From assembly GCA_963752595.1 (NCBI GenBank), contig CAVVYZ010000005.1, positions 96,001-160,000 on the forward strand: 64,000 bases of DNA, in the 5' to 3' direction. A program made the position numbers and the translations under genes. This document shows, one piece after another, positions 28,617 to 40,809 of the stretch. Within the stretch, counting starts at the first letter, position 1. Each line of letters begins with the position of its first letter. Origin of the DNA: an uncultured delta proteobacterium. Lineage in GTDB: Bacteria; Desulfobacterota; Desulfomonilia; UBA1062. Below the pieces are notes generated by a model. The model saw only the letters and a program-made list of their open reading frames with translations. It ran no database searches and had not been told where the DNA came from.

Positions 28617-28727
28617 TTATTCGGATTCTTCCTTGGTAACCTTTTTGCTCTTGCTCTTAGGCCTGGTCTTTCCGTTGGACCCACGCCAGATCTTTCCCCG
28701 CTTGCTCCGTTTATCACCCTTTCCCAT
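28617..28727 (-). CDS. 30S ribosomal protein bTHX (THX/S31), 36 aa
   Basis: Below the ORF-track cutoff. Hand translation MGKGDKRSKRGKIWRGSNGKTRPKSKSKKVTKEESE matches the MGKGD....RGKIWRG..GK.RP signature; GAGGAGG RBS. Confidence 0.9.
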   Translation of the reverse strand: MGKGDKRSKRGKIWRGSNGKTRPKSKSKKVTKEESE

Positions 28728-28917
28728 GTACTATCCTCCTCACTTCGTTCTTCTTGAGATGTCCTGCGCAATCAATGTCTTGGTTTGGATTCATTCAAAA
28801 CAAGTCGGCTGGTACGATGAACTCTTCACCTTTTTCCGCATGCGGCGGCATTTGTCAAGCCCTTTGAGGCATGACCGGCTCAATCCCCGCATTGCTGCTC
28901 ATACTTCCGTTGCTTGT

Positions 28918-29794
28918 TCATTGCATCTCCGTGAGCATCTGCTCAAGCTCTTCTTTGGAAAATATATAGTTCTTGCTGCAGAACTGGCAGGTGACATCCA
29001 CCGCGCCCTGATCAGCAATTATATTCCGGATCTCATCACTCCCCAGGGTGATGATGGCCTGCTCGATGCGCTCCCTGCTGCACGAACACATGAATGTAAG
29101 ATCTCGTTTCTCAATGATGTGATAGGGGACATCATCGAATATCGTCTGCAGAAGATCCTCCGGCAGCTTTCCTTCCCTGATCTGGGAAGTGACGCTGTCC
29201 ATGCTCTCGATCCGCCCGATGATATCATCGATGAGCTTCTTCTTCCGCACCCGGCAGAGATTGGATAAGAAAGCCGCCTGCCGCAGTCACCCCGGCATCG
29301 GGTCCGACAAAAACACCGAGGCCCACGGCCGAGGGGATCTGCTCGGATTCGGTATAATAGTAGGCAATATCCGAGGCAATCTCGCCATTGTAGAGGTGAA
29401 CCACGCCCCGGTAGGGCTCCTTGAGGCGCAAGTCCTTGGATACGGTGAGAAAGCCCTTCTTCCCGAGCGCACCGGATACATCGAGCTTTCCGTTCTTCGG
29501 AGGAAGGTCTACATGGGGGTTCATCACATAACCCCGCACAGTACCGTCCCCATCCGCCTCGGCGATGATCTTCTGCAAAGGTCCGTCGCCTTCGAGCTTG
29601 ATGGCAACCCTCTGCTCGGAGTCCAGGAGCGATGCCATGAGCTCACACCCGGTAAGCGCCCTTCCCAGGGCTGCCGTTGCGGTAGGATAGGTGTCGTGCC
29701 TTAAGGCTGCGTCTCTCACGAGATTCGTAGTCAGACACGCCACCCCGAGCACATCCTTCGCCCGGGTCATGATTTTCACCATATAATCATCCAT
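28918..29794 (-). CDS. hslO: Hsp33 redox chaperone, frameshift near 29240
   Basis: ALGRALT, SEQIPS, AGGFLIQ, CSCS and CQFC motifs spread over two ORFs. Confidence 0.92.
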
Positions 29795-29910
29795 GATCCG
29801 ATCCTTTTCTTCTGTTTCGTTATGAGCTCATCGCATTGCCTGTGTGGAAAGTCATGCAAGGAGATAATTTCCGGCTTGTTTCTTTATCACGATGTGCCAT
29901 ATAGGGATAT

Positions 29911-30804
29911 ATGCCTTTTCACATTCCGGATCGCAAGGAGATCATGAATGCCATAGGGAATACCTCGGGATTAACGTTGCCGCTCCAGCGCGCACTGATG
30001 CCCGGCGATGACTTCGACCCCATTCCCCTTCCCCATCCCGGCGACTGGCTGAGCGTTCAGCAGGAGCCCGGCCAGAGCTTCGATGACTTCGTGAAATCAA
30101 ACCCCCGGAAGCCCGATAGCCGCAAGCACGTAATCTATCTCACGCCTATGGGAGAATTCACGGAAGGATCGAGCCCGCGTTTAAGGCTGCTCAAGGAATG
30201 TGCGGAAGCATACTTCATGATGGAGGTGAGGACGCTGCCCCCGGTCAAGGCAGAGCGTTCGCGTTTCACCACGCGGTCCAATCCCGTGACCGGCAACTTC
30301 CAGATCCTCACCCTTGACATCCTCACTTATCTGAAAAAGCATTCCCCGGCCGATGCCTTCTGCATGCTCGGGATTACCATGGAAGACCTCTATCCCGGGG
30401 AAGAATGGAATTTCGTATTCGGCCAGGCATCTCACAACAGCGGCGTCGGCGTATTCAGCTTTGCACGGTACGACCCTGCCTTCTACGGCAACGGCCGCGA
30501 CAACAATTATATCGAGCTTCTGAATGCGAGGAGCTGCAAAGTCCTTGTCCACGAGACAGCCCACATGTTCTCTATCAGCCACTGCATCTACTCCCACTGC
30601 CTCATGAACGGCTCCAATCACCTCGCCGAAAGCGATGCAAGGCCCATGCACCTGTGCCCGGTGTGCCTGCGCAAGCTCCACCACGCTGTCGGGTTCGATG
30701 TGGTGCATCACTACCAGAAACTCTTTTACTTCTTCCGCAGCGCAGGGTTCGACAAGGAGGCGCGCTGGGTATCGCGGAGGCTGGAGCACATCCTGGGGAA
30801 CTGA
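29911..30804 (+). CDS. Archaemetzincin (peptidase M54) family Zn metalloprotease
   Basis: DLYP...NFVFGQA and HETAHMFSISHC...CLMNGS...LCPVC motifs. Confidence 0.9.
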   Translation: MPFHIPDRKEIMNAIGNTSGLTLPLQRALMPGDDFDPIPLPHPGDWLSVQQEPGQSFDDFVKSNPRKPDSRKHVIYLTPMGEFTEGSSPRLRLLKECAEAYFMMEVRTLPPVKAERSRFTTRSNPVTGNFQILTLDILTYLKKHSPADAFCMLGITMEDLYPGEEWNFVFGQASHNSGVGVFSFARYDPAFYGNGRDNNYIELLNARSCKVLVHETAHMFSISHCIYSHCLMNGSNHLAESDARPMHLCPVCLRKLHHAVGFDVVHHYQKLFYFFRSAGFDKEARWVSRRLEHILGN

Positions 30805-31123
30805 GAAACAAAGGTTTAGCCGATCAGTGCCGGGGACCTTCCGATGAGCTCTTTCATATCTTCGCTCGTTCCCTTGCCCACATGAACGAGAAAGGATGCG
30901 ATGCTCAAGTTCGCACGGACCTGGGATAGCTTCACTTCCTTCCGGAACCGGTCTGAATCGGCTTTATGCATTGCCGCAAGATAGGTCTCGATGAACTCCT
31001 CTTCCTCGTATTGCCTGATCACACCGGTATAATCCCTGAACTGGTTCTTGAACCGGGAAATGCTGATCCCATCAAAGCAAAAGGCTCCGCATGCTCATGC
31101 AGGGGAGATCTCGGAGTGGGGCC

Positions 31124-33104
31124 TTACTCGGTTCCGGTCCTCAGGACGAACTCGCCTTCATACATCCCCTCGATTGCATCGGCATAGTCGTTGAGGATGG
31201 CCTTTTTCCTGGTCTTCTGCGTGGGGGTGAGCCGGCCGTTTTCTTCCGTGAAACGGACTTTAAGGATGGTATATTTCCGTATCTGCTCGAAATCTTCCAG
31301 CATGCTGTTGGCAGATGCCACATCCTGCTCGATGAGCTCTCTGAGCCTCGGATGGTTTACAAAATCCTCGCCTGCTTCTACACAGACGCGCATGCCGCCG
31401 ATTTCCGAGTGCCGGAGCCCGTTCTTGTCATACGGGATGTTCTCGCGGTCGAAGAGATCGATGAAGTAATCCAGATTCGGAACGATCAGTGCCGAGATAT
31501 AGTTGCGCTCATCGCCTATGAAAAAGGCCTGCTCGATGACATGGGACAGGGAGAAGCGGTTTTCGAGCTTTGCCGGCGCGATGTTCTTGCCTGTGGCGGT
31601 ACAGATGATCGCCTTTTTACGGTCTATGATGCGGTAGTAGCCGTAATCGTCCTTTTTCACCACATCGCCTGTCTTGAACCAGCCGTCTTCGGTGAACGAT
31701 TCTTTCGAATTTTCGGCAACGTTGAGATATCCGCCGAATATTCCCGCCCCGGATATTTCGAGCTCGCCGTCGGGAGCCACCCGTGCAAACGATCCGTTTG
31801 CCTCGATTCCCATATAGCCCGGCTTGCATGCGGTGAGCGGATTCAGGATGCACGCGCTTGCACTCTCGGTTGAGCCGTAGCCTTCCATCACGGCAAGGCC
31901 CAGGGTGTAGAAAAACCTGAGCAGGTCGGGCGCAATGCCCGCACTCGCGGAAAAGGCAAATCGGAACCGGTTGCCGAAGAGCGCCCTCACCTGGGAAAAG
32001 AGCCTGTCTGCAAGCCGGTACTGCATTTTCAGGAACAGCGGCAGCCTCGCCTCCAGGTCATACCGGGGAGACATGTTGTAGCATCCCCTGTGGTCCCTGC
32101 GGTAGTCCAGGGCCTTCCTGCCCACGTGGAACGCCATGTCGAAAAGCTTTTCCTTGAGTGGGTTCTCCGACATCTTTTCCCGGAAGGCGATGTATATTTT
32201 TTCATAGAGCCTGGGCACGCAGTTTATCCAGGTCGGGTTGTACTTCTGCATGTCTTGAAGGAGCGTGCCGGGCTTGTCCGCATAGGCAATGCATGCACCC
32301 CGGCAGATGGCAAGCAGCTCGCAGGAGCCCCGCTCGAAGATATGGGAGAGGGGAAGGTAACACAAGGTTACATCCTCATGGGTGATCGTCATGCCGGAGC
32401 GGGAAAAGAACTCGTTCACCCCTTCGATGCGGGACGAAATACACCGGTGCGTGAGGACGACGCCCTTGCCCTTGCCCGTGGTGCCCGACGTGTAGAGAAT
32501 CGTGCACCAGTCATCCAGGGTCACGCCTTCCATTCGTTCGAGGAAGAGGGCGTGTTTTTCCTTTCTCCACTTCCTGCCCGTTTCCATAAGCTCCCAGAGC
32601 CCTATGGTGCGTCCGTCACAGCGTTTGTAGGATAAATCCATGACGATAATCGTCTCGAGCTTGGGCAGCTTACTCTATCCCGGAGAGAACTTTCTGCAGG
32701 TTTTCCTCGGAATCCACGAAGAGACAGCGGCTTTGAGAGTCGCTCAGGATATATGCTGTTTCACTTGCAGAGAGCGTCGGATAGATCGTCACGCTCACCC
32801 CGGCGACAGAGGCGATGGCCATATCGGCCTGAGTCCAGTACGGGCTCGTCCGGGACATGAGGCCTACCCTGTCCTGGTGGTCGAGGCCCAGGCTTAAGAG
32901 ACCGCACGCAATGCTCTCCACGCGCTCGCGCATCTCGTCGTAGGTGAAGCGGCCGTTGTTATCTCCCTGGTAGAGGCCTGCATTGAAACGCTGGGCGGGA
33001 CGGGACGGGTACCCTGCGCACGTCTGATAAAAATATTTAGGTATGGCCTGCAGGTCGTGATGGCGTTCCTTCATGAAGCGCTCCTTCGGAAGAGTGTTTT
33101 CCAT
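31124..33104 (-). CDS. Long-chain fatty acid-CoA ligase (AMP-binding), frameshift near 32670
   Basis: YTSGTTGKGKG, LPLSHIFER, EGYGSTE and WFKTGD motifs; N-terminus in ORF 32670-33104. Confidence 0.9.
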
Positions 33105-33409
33105 CCTTGCGCTTCCTGTATACCAAAGGAGGCAGACTTATCAAGTAAAATGGCTTGGCGAGCGGGCAATGCATTTATTCAGAAGAAATATTACCATTCT
33201 AAAGGGCTCGTAGTACATTTTAACCTTGACATGGAGTGGAGGATTACTTATCGATGTTTACGAATACTTTTGGTATTTCTTGATGCTTTTAAGGGGTTGA
33301 TTGCAGGGCTGTTTGTCTGATCCACTCTTTTCTGCAGGGGCAATGGCAGGTATAATAGAGAGGTTGGAGAACATATGTCCTTGATATCCGGCAATGGACG
33401 GCTCATCCA

Positions 33410-36400
33410 TTGAAAAGAACAACTCCTGAAGGTACCTCTATACAAAATCAGGAACTGTTTCCGCACGTTCCGGGGAAAATACCGTCACCAGCATCCCATG
33501 CCGGAAAAGTAACGCTGAGGAAGACCGGCATCGATGTTCTGGGGGATATTCCCTGGGGGACGGATTCCTGCCAGTTCTACCAAACCCGTGAAGATCTGAC
33601 GGATATTCTCGTGCCCTACTTTTCAGAAGGGCTCAGGAACAATGAGTTCTGCATGTGGATCACCTCAGAGCCTTTGACGGAGTATCCTGCGAGGGAGGCA
33701 CTGCGAAAAGGGCTTCCCGATCTTGACCGTTACCTGGAAAAAGGCCAGCTCGAGATCATTCCGTATGCCGACTGGTACACCCCGGGAGGCGGTTTCGATT
33801 CAGAGAAGGTTCTGAACGGGTGGATAGACAGGTTGAACCGCGCTCTGGCTGAGGGTTATGAAGGCTTGAGACTGAGCGGTAACACATTATGGCTCGAGAA
33901 AGACAGGTGGGAAGACTTCAGGGCATACGAAGAAGAAGTTGACGATATAATTACCGGATACCGCATGATCGCACTGTGTACCTACCCTCTGGATATATGC
34001 GGAGCCCGGGAGATTCTCGATGTAGTCAAATATCATCATTGTGCCGTGGCAAAGCGGGAAGGATCGTGGGAACTGATCGAAAGCTCCAGGCACAAGACAG
34101 TGTGGAGCGCGCTCCAGGAAAGCGAACTGCACTACCGCTCCCTCTTTACCGCAATGGCGGAGGGGTTTGCCCTGCATGAGATCATATGCGATGAAAGAGG
34201 AGAACCCATAGACTACCGTTTCCTGGATATCAATCCGGCCTTTGAAAAAGAAACCGGGCTGAAGCGGGAAGATGTCGTCGGCAGGCTCAAGAGTGCCGTC
34301 CTGCCCGGTGACGATCCTGATTGGCTTCGTATCTACGGCAAGGTGGCCCTCACGGGCGAGCCGGTGCGCTTCGAGAACTATTCTTCTGCGCTGGGCCGGC
34401 ATTATGAGGTACACTCTTATAGCCCGGCCCCCCGCAGGTTCGCTACGGTGTTCACCGATATCACTCGCCGCAAACGGATAGAGCAGGACCTTCGGGAAAG
34501 TGAAGAATCACAGCGGGATACGAACAAACTGCTGACAGCGATCTTCAACAGCACGCATGCATTGATTGCCTGTATGGATACAGAGTTCAATTTTATCACG
34601 GTAAACAGTATGTACGCCCTTGCAGATAACCGTGAGCCCGGGTTCTTTGTCGGCAAGAACCATTTCGATCTGTATCCGAACACTGAAAATGAGGCCATAT
34701 TCCGCCGGGTCGCTGAAACGGGTGAACCATACTACATATTCGCCAAGCCCTTCGAATATGCAGGACGTCCTGAACGGGGTTCAAGCTACTGGAACTGGAG
34801 CCTGATCCCGGTCAAGGATGAACTGGGCAGCATCAAGATGATCGTTATGAGCCTCCTGGATGTTACCGCCCAGATCAAGGCCGAGCAGGATTTGTGGGAG
34901 AGCCGGGCAGAGCTTCAGAAAATGAATGACGGGCTTGAAGAACGGATCAATGAGCGAACGAAGGACCTGGGCCAAGCAGCTGAAATGCTGGAAGAGCAGA
35001 AGGAAGTCCTCCAGAGCATTATCGATAATATCCCGGTCATGCTGGCTTTCTACGACTCAGAAGGCAGGATAAGGCTGGTGAACAGTGAGTTCGAGCGGGT
35101 CCTCGGCTGGTCCATTGATGAGGCTCAGAGCATGGATCTCTTAGCTTCCTGCTGCCTTCAATCCAGTGACAGGGAAGTGTGGGACGGTATCCTGGAAGCG
35201 AAACCCGTCTGGAAAGATTTTGACATTGCCACTCGTTCCGGTTCAATCATTCACAGTTCCTGGGCCAATGTCCGTCTGTCCGACAGCTCCCTTATCGGGA
35301 TCGGAATCGATGTCAGCACCCGCAGGAGGATGGAACAGGACCTCCTGAGATTGGCTGCCGCCATAGGACAGGCAGGAGAAGGCATCGTGCTGTTCAGTCC
35401 CGAAGGGGTCATCGAATATGCCAATCCTGCGTATGAAATCTTGAGCGGGCACAAAATCGGCGAACTGATAGGCAAAAACACCTGTTCCTTTGCCCATGAA
35501 ATGAATGTCGATTACAAAGCGATATTCGACCGGGTCAAAACCGATGGGAAGACATGGATCGGCCGCAGGACGATAAAACGGTGCACCGGAGATGTCCTGG
35601 AAGCGAACATAAGCGTATCGCCGGTGCTCGGCGCAACGGGCGACATCATCAATTACGTAGCCGTAACACAGGACATCACCCAGGAGATATCGCTCCAGCG
35701 CCAGCTTTCCCAGACCCAGAAGATGGAAGCCATAGGCACCCTGGCAGGCGGTATTGCCCATGACCTGAAGAATATCTTCACGCCCATCCTGATCAATACC
35801 GAGATCGCCCTGGATGATATCGGCGAAGACAGTCCTGTCCGTCCGCTGCTGCGAGAGGTGCTCGAGGCGACCAGGCTCGGTGTCGATCTCGTAAGGCAGA
35901 TCGTTACCTTCAGCAGGCGAGCGCCTCTGATAAGAAAACAAGTTGTTGTCTCCTCGATCATCAAGGAAGGCTTGAGCTTTATCAGGGCAGCACTGCCTGC
36001 CACCATCGAGATTCGATACCAGCTCAAAAACACCAGGTCCATGATCCTGGCGGATCCGACCCAGATCAAGCAGGTAATGATCAATCTCGGCAGCAATGCA
36101 GCGTATGCCATGAGGGATAAGGGCGGAATCCTGGAGATCAATCTCGACAACGTAGACCTGGATACAGGAAGTGCTACCCAGGTATCTCCGGACCTGCCTC
36201 CGGGGTCTTACGTCCAGATCATGGTGCGTGACATGGGAACCGGGATGGACGAAAAGACCGCTGCCCGCGTTTTCGAGCCCTTCTTTACCACCAAGAAGGG
36301 CGAGGGAACGGGCATGGGCCTGGCTGTAGTGCACGGGATCGTCAAAGATCATCAGGGCGCGGTCACGGTCCGGAGCAAGCCCGGCAAAGGCACCACCTTT

Positions 36401-36451
36401 ACAGTGTACCTGCCGAAACTGCGGATAGAAAAGTCTGATTTCATGTTTTAA
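33410..36451 (+). CDS. Cytoplasmic MEDS/multi-PAS histidine kinase
   Basis: MEDS-like N-terminus (CQFY...LCTY), four PAS domains, GGIAHDLKN, FEPFFTTK and GTGMGL motifs. Confidence 0.92.
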   Translation: MKRTTPEGTSIQNQELFPHVPGKIPSPASHAGKVTLRKTGIDVLGDIPWGTDSCQFYQTREDLTDILVPYFSEGLRNNEFCMWITSEPLTEYPAREALRKGLPDLDRYLEKGQLEIIPYADWYTPGGGFDSEKVLNGWIDRLNRALAEGYEGLRLSGNTLWLEKDRWEDFRAYEEEVDDIITGYRMIALCTYPLDICGAREILDVVKYHHCAVAKREGSWELIESSRHKTVWSALQESELHYRSLFTAMAEGFALHEIICDERGEPIDYRFLDINPAFEKETGLKREDVVGRLKSAVLPGDDPDWLRIYGKVALTGEPVRFENYSSALGRHYEVHSYSPAPRRFATVFTDITRRKRIEQDLRESEESQRDTNKLLTAIFNSTHALIACMDTEFNFITVNSMYALADNREPGFFVGKNHFDLYPNTENEAIFRRVAETGEPYYIFAKPFEYAGRPERGSSYWNWSLIPVKDELGSIKMIVMSLLDVTAQIKAEQDLWESRAELQKMNDGLEERINERTKDLGQAAEMLEEQKEVLQSIIDNIPVMLAFYDSEGRIRLVNSEFERVLGWSIDEAQSMDLLASCCLQSSDREVWDGILEAKPVWKDFDIATRSGSIIHSSWANVRLSDSSLIGIGIDVSTRRRMEQDLLRLAAAIGQAGEGIVLFSPEGVIEYANPAYEILSGHKIGELIGKNTCSFAHEMNVDYKAIFDRVKTDGKTWIGRRTIKRCTGDVLEANISVSPVLGATGDIINYVAVTQDITQEISLQRQLSQTQKMEAIGTLAGGIAHDLKNIFTPILINTEIALDDIGEDSPVRPLLREVLEATRLGVDLVRQIVTFSRRAPLIRKQVVVSSIIKEGLSFIRAALPATIEIRYQLKNTRSMILADPTQIKQVMINLGSNAAYAMRDKGGILEINLDNVDLDTGSATQVSPDLPPGSYVQIMVRDMGTGMDEKTAARVFEPFFTTKKGEGTGMGLAVVHGIVKDHQGAVTVRSKPGKGTTFTVYLPKLRIEKSDFMF

Positions 36452-36467
36452 GGCGCCGTCAGGTGCA

Positions 36468-37691
36468 TCAGGTGCACAGGCGGTTCCTGCCTTGTTTCTT
36501 TGCCCGGTACAGCGCCTTGTCGGCTGCCTTGATCACTTCCTGAGGCGTACGGTTTCTCTCGTCACGAAAGGCCATGCCGATGCTTATGGTCACGGAAACA
36601 CTTTTTATGGGGTTCCTGCTTTCCCTGATCCGTTTCGGTTTCTTCGGCGGACGCAGGCGCCTCCTGATGATGAAACCAGTTGATTCAATCTCCTGCCTGA
36701 GGTCTTCGAGATGCGACTTTGCATGGTCGGCATACCTGCCCGGGAAAATCACCGTGAATTCCTCGCCGCCGTAGCGGAAAGACTTCCCGCCTCCCGATAC
36801 CCGTGCAAGCTTCGTTGCCACCATGCGAAGCACCTGGTCACCCACGTCATGGCCGTAGGTGTCGTTGAACTGCTTGAAGTGGTCGATGTCCACCATGGCA
36901 AGGACATAGTGGTTCCCGAGCTTCAGAAGATCCTCTTTCAGTGCCCTTCGGGCAGGCAGGCCTGTGAGCTCGTCCCGGAACGCCATGGCATGGGAGGCCT
37001 CGATGATGGATACCAGGAGGATAAATCCCGCAACGGTAAAGTAAAACTCGCTCTCCATGCCGGGTTTTACGCTCAGCAGCGAAAAGAAAAGAATAAGGAG
37101 CGCCCAGAAGAATCCGCTTTCCTTGGCCCCCTGATTAATGAAGAATTTAATCCCCAGGATGAGAAAGGCCAGGATGAAGGCTATCAGCGCGGGCTGGGCA
37201 AGAGCCGTACGATCGAGGAGAGGCAGAGGTACGATATGCATCGTCAGGTACGCCAGCATGGGTTCGGAGTGGAGCCTGGCAAAGGCGGCCAGGGTGACCG
37301 GCAGGAGGATGATCAGCGATATGCGGAATATGCCGTGGAAGGTAAAGATGCCCCTCTCCTTCATGAGGCTTAAGATGACGAGATTGACCGGCAGGAGGAA
37401 TGCAATGGCATGAAAAACAATCTGACCTTTTACGCTTATGCCCGGCAGGTCTCTTACCGAGGCGATGAGCGCCCTGTCTGCGAATGCGAGTATGAGCACG
37501 GCAAAGACCAGAGAGCTGCGGTTGAACCGCCATCCGATCAGAGCAGCTGATGTGAACACCAGGTAGGGCGCAAAATCCATGATTGAAGGGATCACGTTCC
37601 TGAACGAGGATATGTTGACGATCAGCACGGCTGCACAAAAGAGAAAGCCGCCGGGCAGGAAAAACAAAGCACACCTCTTCATACCTTCCAC
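36468..37691 (-). CDS. Membrane diguanylate cyclase (GGEEF)
   Basis: Multiple TMs; DELTGL, DIDHFKQFNDTYGH and RYGGEEF motifs. Confidence 0.93.
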   Translation of the reverse strand: MEGMKRCALFFLPGGFLFCAAVLIVNISSFRNVIPSIMDFAPYLVFTSAALIGWRFNRSSLVFAVLILAFADRALIASVRDLPGISVKGQIVFHAIAFLLPVNLVILSLMKERGIFTFHGIFRISLIILLPVTLAAFARLHSEPMLAYLTMHIVPLPLLDRTALAQPALIAFILAFLILGIKFFINQGAKESGFFWALLILFFSLLSVKPGMESEFYFTVAGFILLVSIIEASHAMAFRDELTGLPARRALKEDLLKLGNHYVLAMVDIDHFKQFNDTYGHDVGDQVLRMVATKLARVSGGGKSFRYGGEEFTVIFPGRYADHAKSHLEDLRQEIESTGFIIRRRLRPPKKPKRIRESRNPIKSVSVTISIGMAFRDERNRTPQEVIKAADKALYRAKKQGRNRLCT

Positions 37692-37846
37692 AGGAACCTC
37701 CCTGGCCTCTTATGGACCTTTGAGCGCATTGCCCCACCGATCCCCCTATGCATTCTAACGGCCATTGAGGAAGACAACTTGAAAGAGAAATCCCTGCCCC
37801 TTACTCGCAGTTCTCAAATCTTGCCGGAAATGATACAACCATCCCC

Positions 37847-38830
37847 ATGAAACCTGCCGGAGATCATGATGTTTTTTTCTACGAGGCCTTTGCCGAAGAA
37901 GGAGAGGCGCTTCTGAGGCATCTTCCAACGGGTGTCCGTGCCGGATTCACCCCCTTGACCATCCAGGAATCCGGCCATGAGCATCCCCCCTGCGCTTTCA
38001 TCAGCACCCGCACCCAGTCCGTGATCCCAATTTCCTGGGCCGGCGAATTGACAGCCGTCCTTACCCGCAGCACCGGCTTCGACCATGTGAAACGCTTCCA
38101 TGAGGCATCCGGCGCGTCCGTGCCCGCCGGATACCTGCCTCTGTACTGCAACCGCTCCGTTGCTGAACATGCCCTGCTCATGTGGATGGGGCTCCTGAGG
38201 AAATTGCCACGGCAGATGCGGCAATTCGGCTCCTTCGACCGTGACGGCCTTACCGGGGGAGAATGCAAAGGCAGGGCACTTCTCGTTGCGGGCGTAGGGA
38301 ATATCGGCTCGGAGATATGCCGGATCGGCGGTGCGCTCGGGATGGAAACGTTCGGCGTAGACATTGTCTGCAAACACCCCGATATCCACTACGTGAGCCT
38401 CGAAGAGGGCATACCGGGAGCCGACGTGATCGTCTGCGCCATGAACCTTACCCATGAGAACCGGGCATACTTCCGCTACGAACGCTTGAGCAAGGCGAAA
38501 CCAGGTGCGGTCTTTGTAAACATCGCCCGGGGAGAGCTCTCGCCGGCAAGAGACCTTATCCACCTCCTTGATGAACACCGCCTGGGGGGTGTGGGCCTCG
38601 ATGTATTCGAGAATGAAAGCGAGCTTGGCGTGAGCCTGAGGACCGGCGCTCCGGGTACTGACCCGGAGGTGCAGGCATGCCTTGAACTATTGGAGCGAGA
38701 AAACGTCATCCTCACGCCCCATAACGCGTTCAATACGGCGGAAGCACTGGAGAGGAAGGCCGGGCAGTCGGCAGAACAGACGGCACGCTTCCTGGCGAAA
38801 GGGTCCTTTATCTGGCAGGTTCCGCTATGA
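37847..38830 (+). CDS. D-isomer-specific 2-hydroxyacid dehydrogenase
   Basis: RSTGFDH, VAEH, GVGNIG, VNIARG, LDVFENE and TPHNAF motifs. Confidence 0.9.
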   Translation: MKPAGDHDVFFYEAFAEEGEALLRHLPTGVRAGFTPLTIQESGHEHPPCAFISTRTQSVIPISWAGELTAVLTRSTGFDHVKRFHEASGASVPAGYLPLYCNRSVAEHALLMWMGLLRKLPRQMRQFGSFDRDGLTGGECKGRALLVAGVGNIGSEICRIGGALGMETFGVDIVCKHPDIHYVSLEEGIPGADVIVCAMNLTHENRAYFRYERLSKAKPGAVFVNIARGELSPARDLIHLLDEHRLGGVGLDVFENESELGVSLRTGAPGTDPEVQACLELLERENVILTPHNAFNTAEALERKAGQSAEQTARFLAKGSFIWQVPL

Positions 38831-39850
38831 AGGCAGGCGCTTCGCTCATATAGCCTGCCGAGAGGTGATAGATCACCTTGTCGTAGAGGAAGATGATCCG
38901 GTTGTTGAGCTCAAGAGTGATATAGATCTCCAAGGGTGAAGAGAGGATCTTTTTCTGGATGACATGCATCCAGATCCCCTTCCTGCTCAGCGCCATGGCA
39001 TTAAAGATATCCGGGAAATCGATGCCCAGACGCCTGATGTCCTTGCCCGTATCCTTGAACTTGAGGTATTCGAGCATGTCTCCCTTGCCCTGGAGGCCCT
39101 TGCGGATGCTTTTGAGCACCTTCCTGTTCACATCCAAGAGAAAATTCATGTGGATGGACAGCGCAGGGATCCCGGATCTCACCTCCCGGGCCCACTCGCT
39201 GGTTATCTCGTCCGCATTTTTCTCGATGAGTTTCACGAGAACGTTCGAAAGGAACGCTTTCTGCTCCGTGAGGCCGGGCGTAACCTCTCCCATGGAATGC
39301 ATCTCGGGGAAGAGCTGCCTGTATGAGTCTATCATGGCCCAAATATCCCGGTAGAACTCGGTATAGATCTTCAACGCCTTTTCATTGGAAGACCATGCAA
39401 GCGGCGGCAGTTCCAGGACCGGGAAGAACCTCGCATCCTCGGCATCGTCTCCCGGCGTGGGCGTGCCGCCGGTATGCCTCACTTCATACGTAACGATGGC
39501 AAGACTGCCGTAGTAATAGTTATCCACGGTATCGACATCCACGAGGCGCACGATCTCACCCTCGACGCAAGTCTCTTCCTTGAGCTCGCGGAGCGCGGCG
39601 TCCTTTACCTCTTCGTCGGCCTCGGCAAAGCCGATGGGCAGGCACCACATCCCCTTGTAGGGGATCTTTGCCCCGCTTGACGAGCAGTACCCCCCTGTCC
39701 TCATTCACCACGATGACTGCATGCAACGGGCAGCGGGTTTTCATAGAAGACACTGGAGCACTCCATGCAGAAATCCCGTATTTTGCCTTCCATGTGCCGC
39801 TGGACCACGGGCTCTCCGCAATATGGGCAATAGATCCTCTGTTTTCTCAT
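38808..39850 (-). CDS. Zn-ribbon NUDIX hydrolase with helical C-terminal extension, frameshifted
   Basis: N-terminal YCPYCG; Nudix box GFAEADEEVKDAALRELKEET. Confidence 0.82.
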
Positions 39851-39854
39851 TCCA

Positions 39855-40723
39855 TTAAAGACCTCTTTCCCGAGGCAGGCTGCATCGGAAATACCGCATC
39901 ATCCTTGGTAACGATGATCTCTCCGTGCAAACGTGCATGATCACACACCATCGCGTTGAAATACCATAGCATACTTCAAGTTTGTGGGGATAGTTTTCTG
40001 AAACGTCCTTCATAATGAGGTATCTCTTCTTATCGAGATAGCTGATGCATTCCATCACCCGGTCCAGCGGGAAGAGCAGATCGTTGAGATAAACGATCCG
40101 TTCCACACGGCCGAAGTACGGTGCAAGCTTCTCCTCGCCGTCCTCCAGGCAGAACGACTGGAAAAGCCTGTTGATGGCTATCTCCGAGGGCGGCTCTATC
40201 CCTACCATTTCCATGCATCTGGGGACGTACCTCGTCACTTCTTTCAGGGAATGCTTGCTGTGGGTGACGGTGAGGAAGATGCCGTCCGGCACTAGAGTCC
40301 GGGCAATTTCCCTGATAAGGTGCGGGAAGAAGTACAGGGAATAGCTTGCAATGACCAGGTCGAAGCTGAAATCAGGTTAATGTCCCTGATGAAATCCGCC
40401 TGGGCATGGATGAATTCCCCCTGATAGCAGACCGTATCCAGGGTCTGCAGGAAAGCATCCCGGTTATGCCGGTCCACGACATCGATGCCTACGATCCTTG
40501 CGCCCTCATGCAGCCTTCCTTTGAGCTTTTCCGTAAAAAAACCGTAGCCGCAGCCGATGTCAAGCACACGCTTGATGCGTGAGAGATCCAGGTCGTAAAG
40601 CGCCACCTCCCGGATGTCACGGTGGTTCAGGGCGTATTGCACGATGATGTGCTTCGTACGTATGTGATCCCTGATGGGCTCATAGGTATTGCGGATATCC
40701 TCGTGAGAGTACACATTTCCCAT
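39855..40723 (-). CDS. Class I SAM methyltransferase, frameshifted
   Basis: VLDIGCGYG in ORF 40292-40723; L.PDGIFL continues in ORF 39855-40292. Confidence 0.78.
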
Positions 40724-40809
40724 ATCGACCCCTTCAGACGGACATACATATTACAATCATAAGATATGCCCTTGCCATATGCAAATTTTAATGTTTACTT
40801 ATCCAAGCT

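Noticed and set aside
28590-28860. RNase P or other ncRNA in the apparent intergenic gap
   Set aside because: Lacks rnpB conserved regions and is explained by the bTHX ORF.
30816-31100. Selenoprotein read-through at the in-frame TGA (31095-31097) upstream of ORF 30816-31022
   Set aside because: No recognisable Sec-family context, SECIS or upstream start; more likely a gene fragment or indel.
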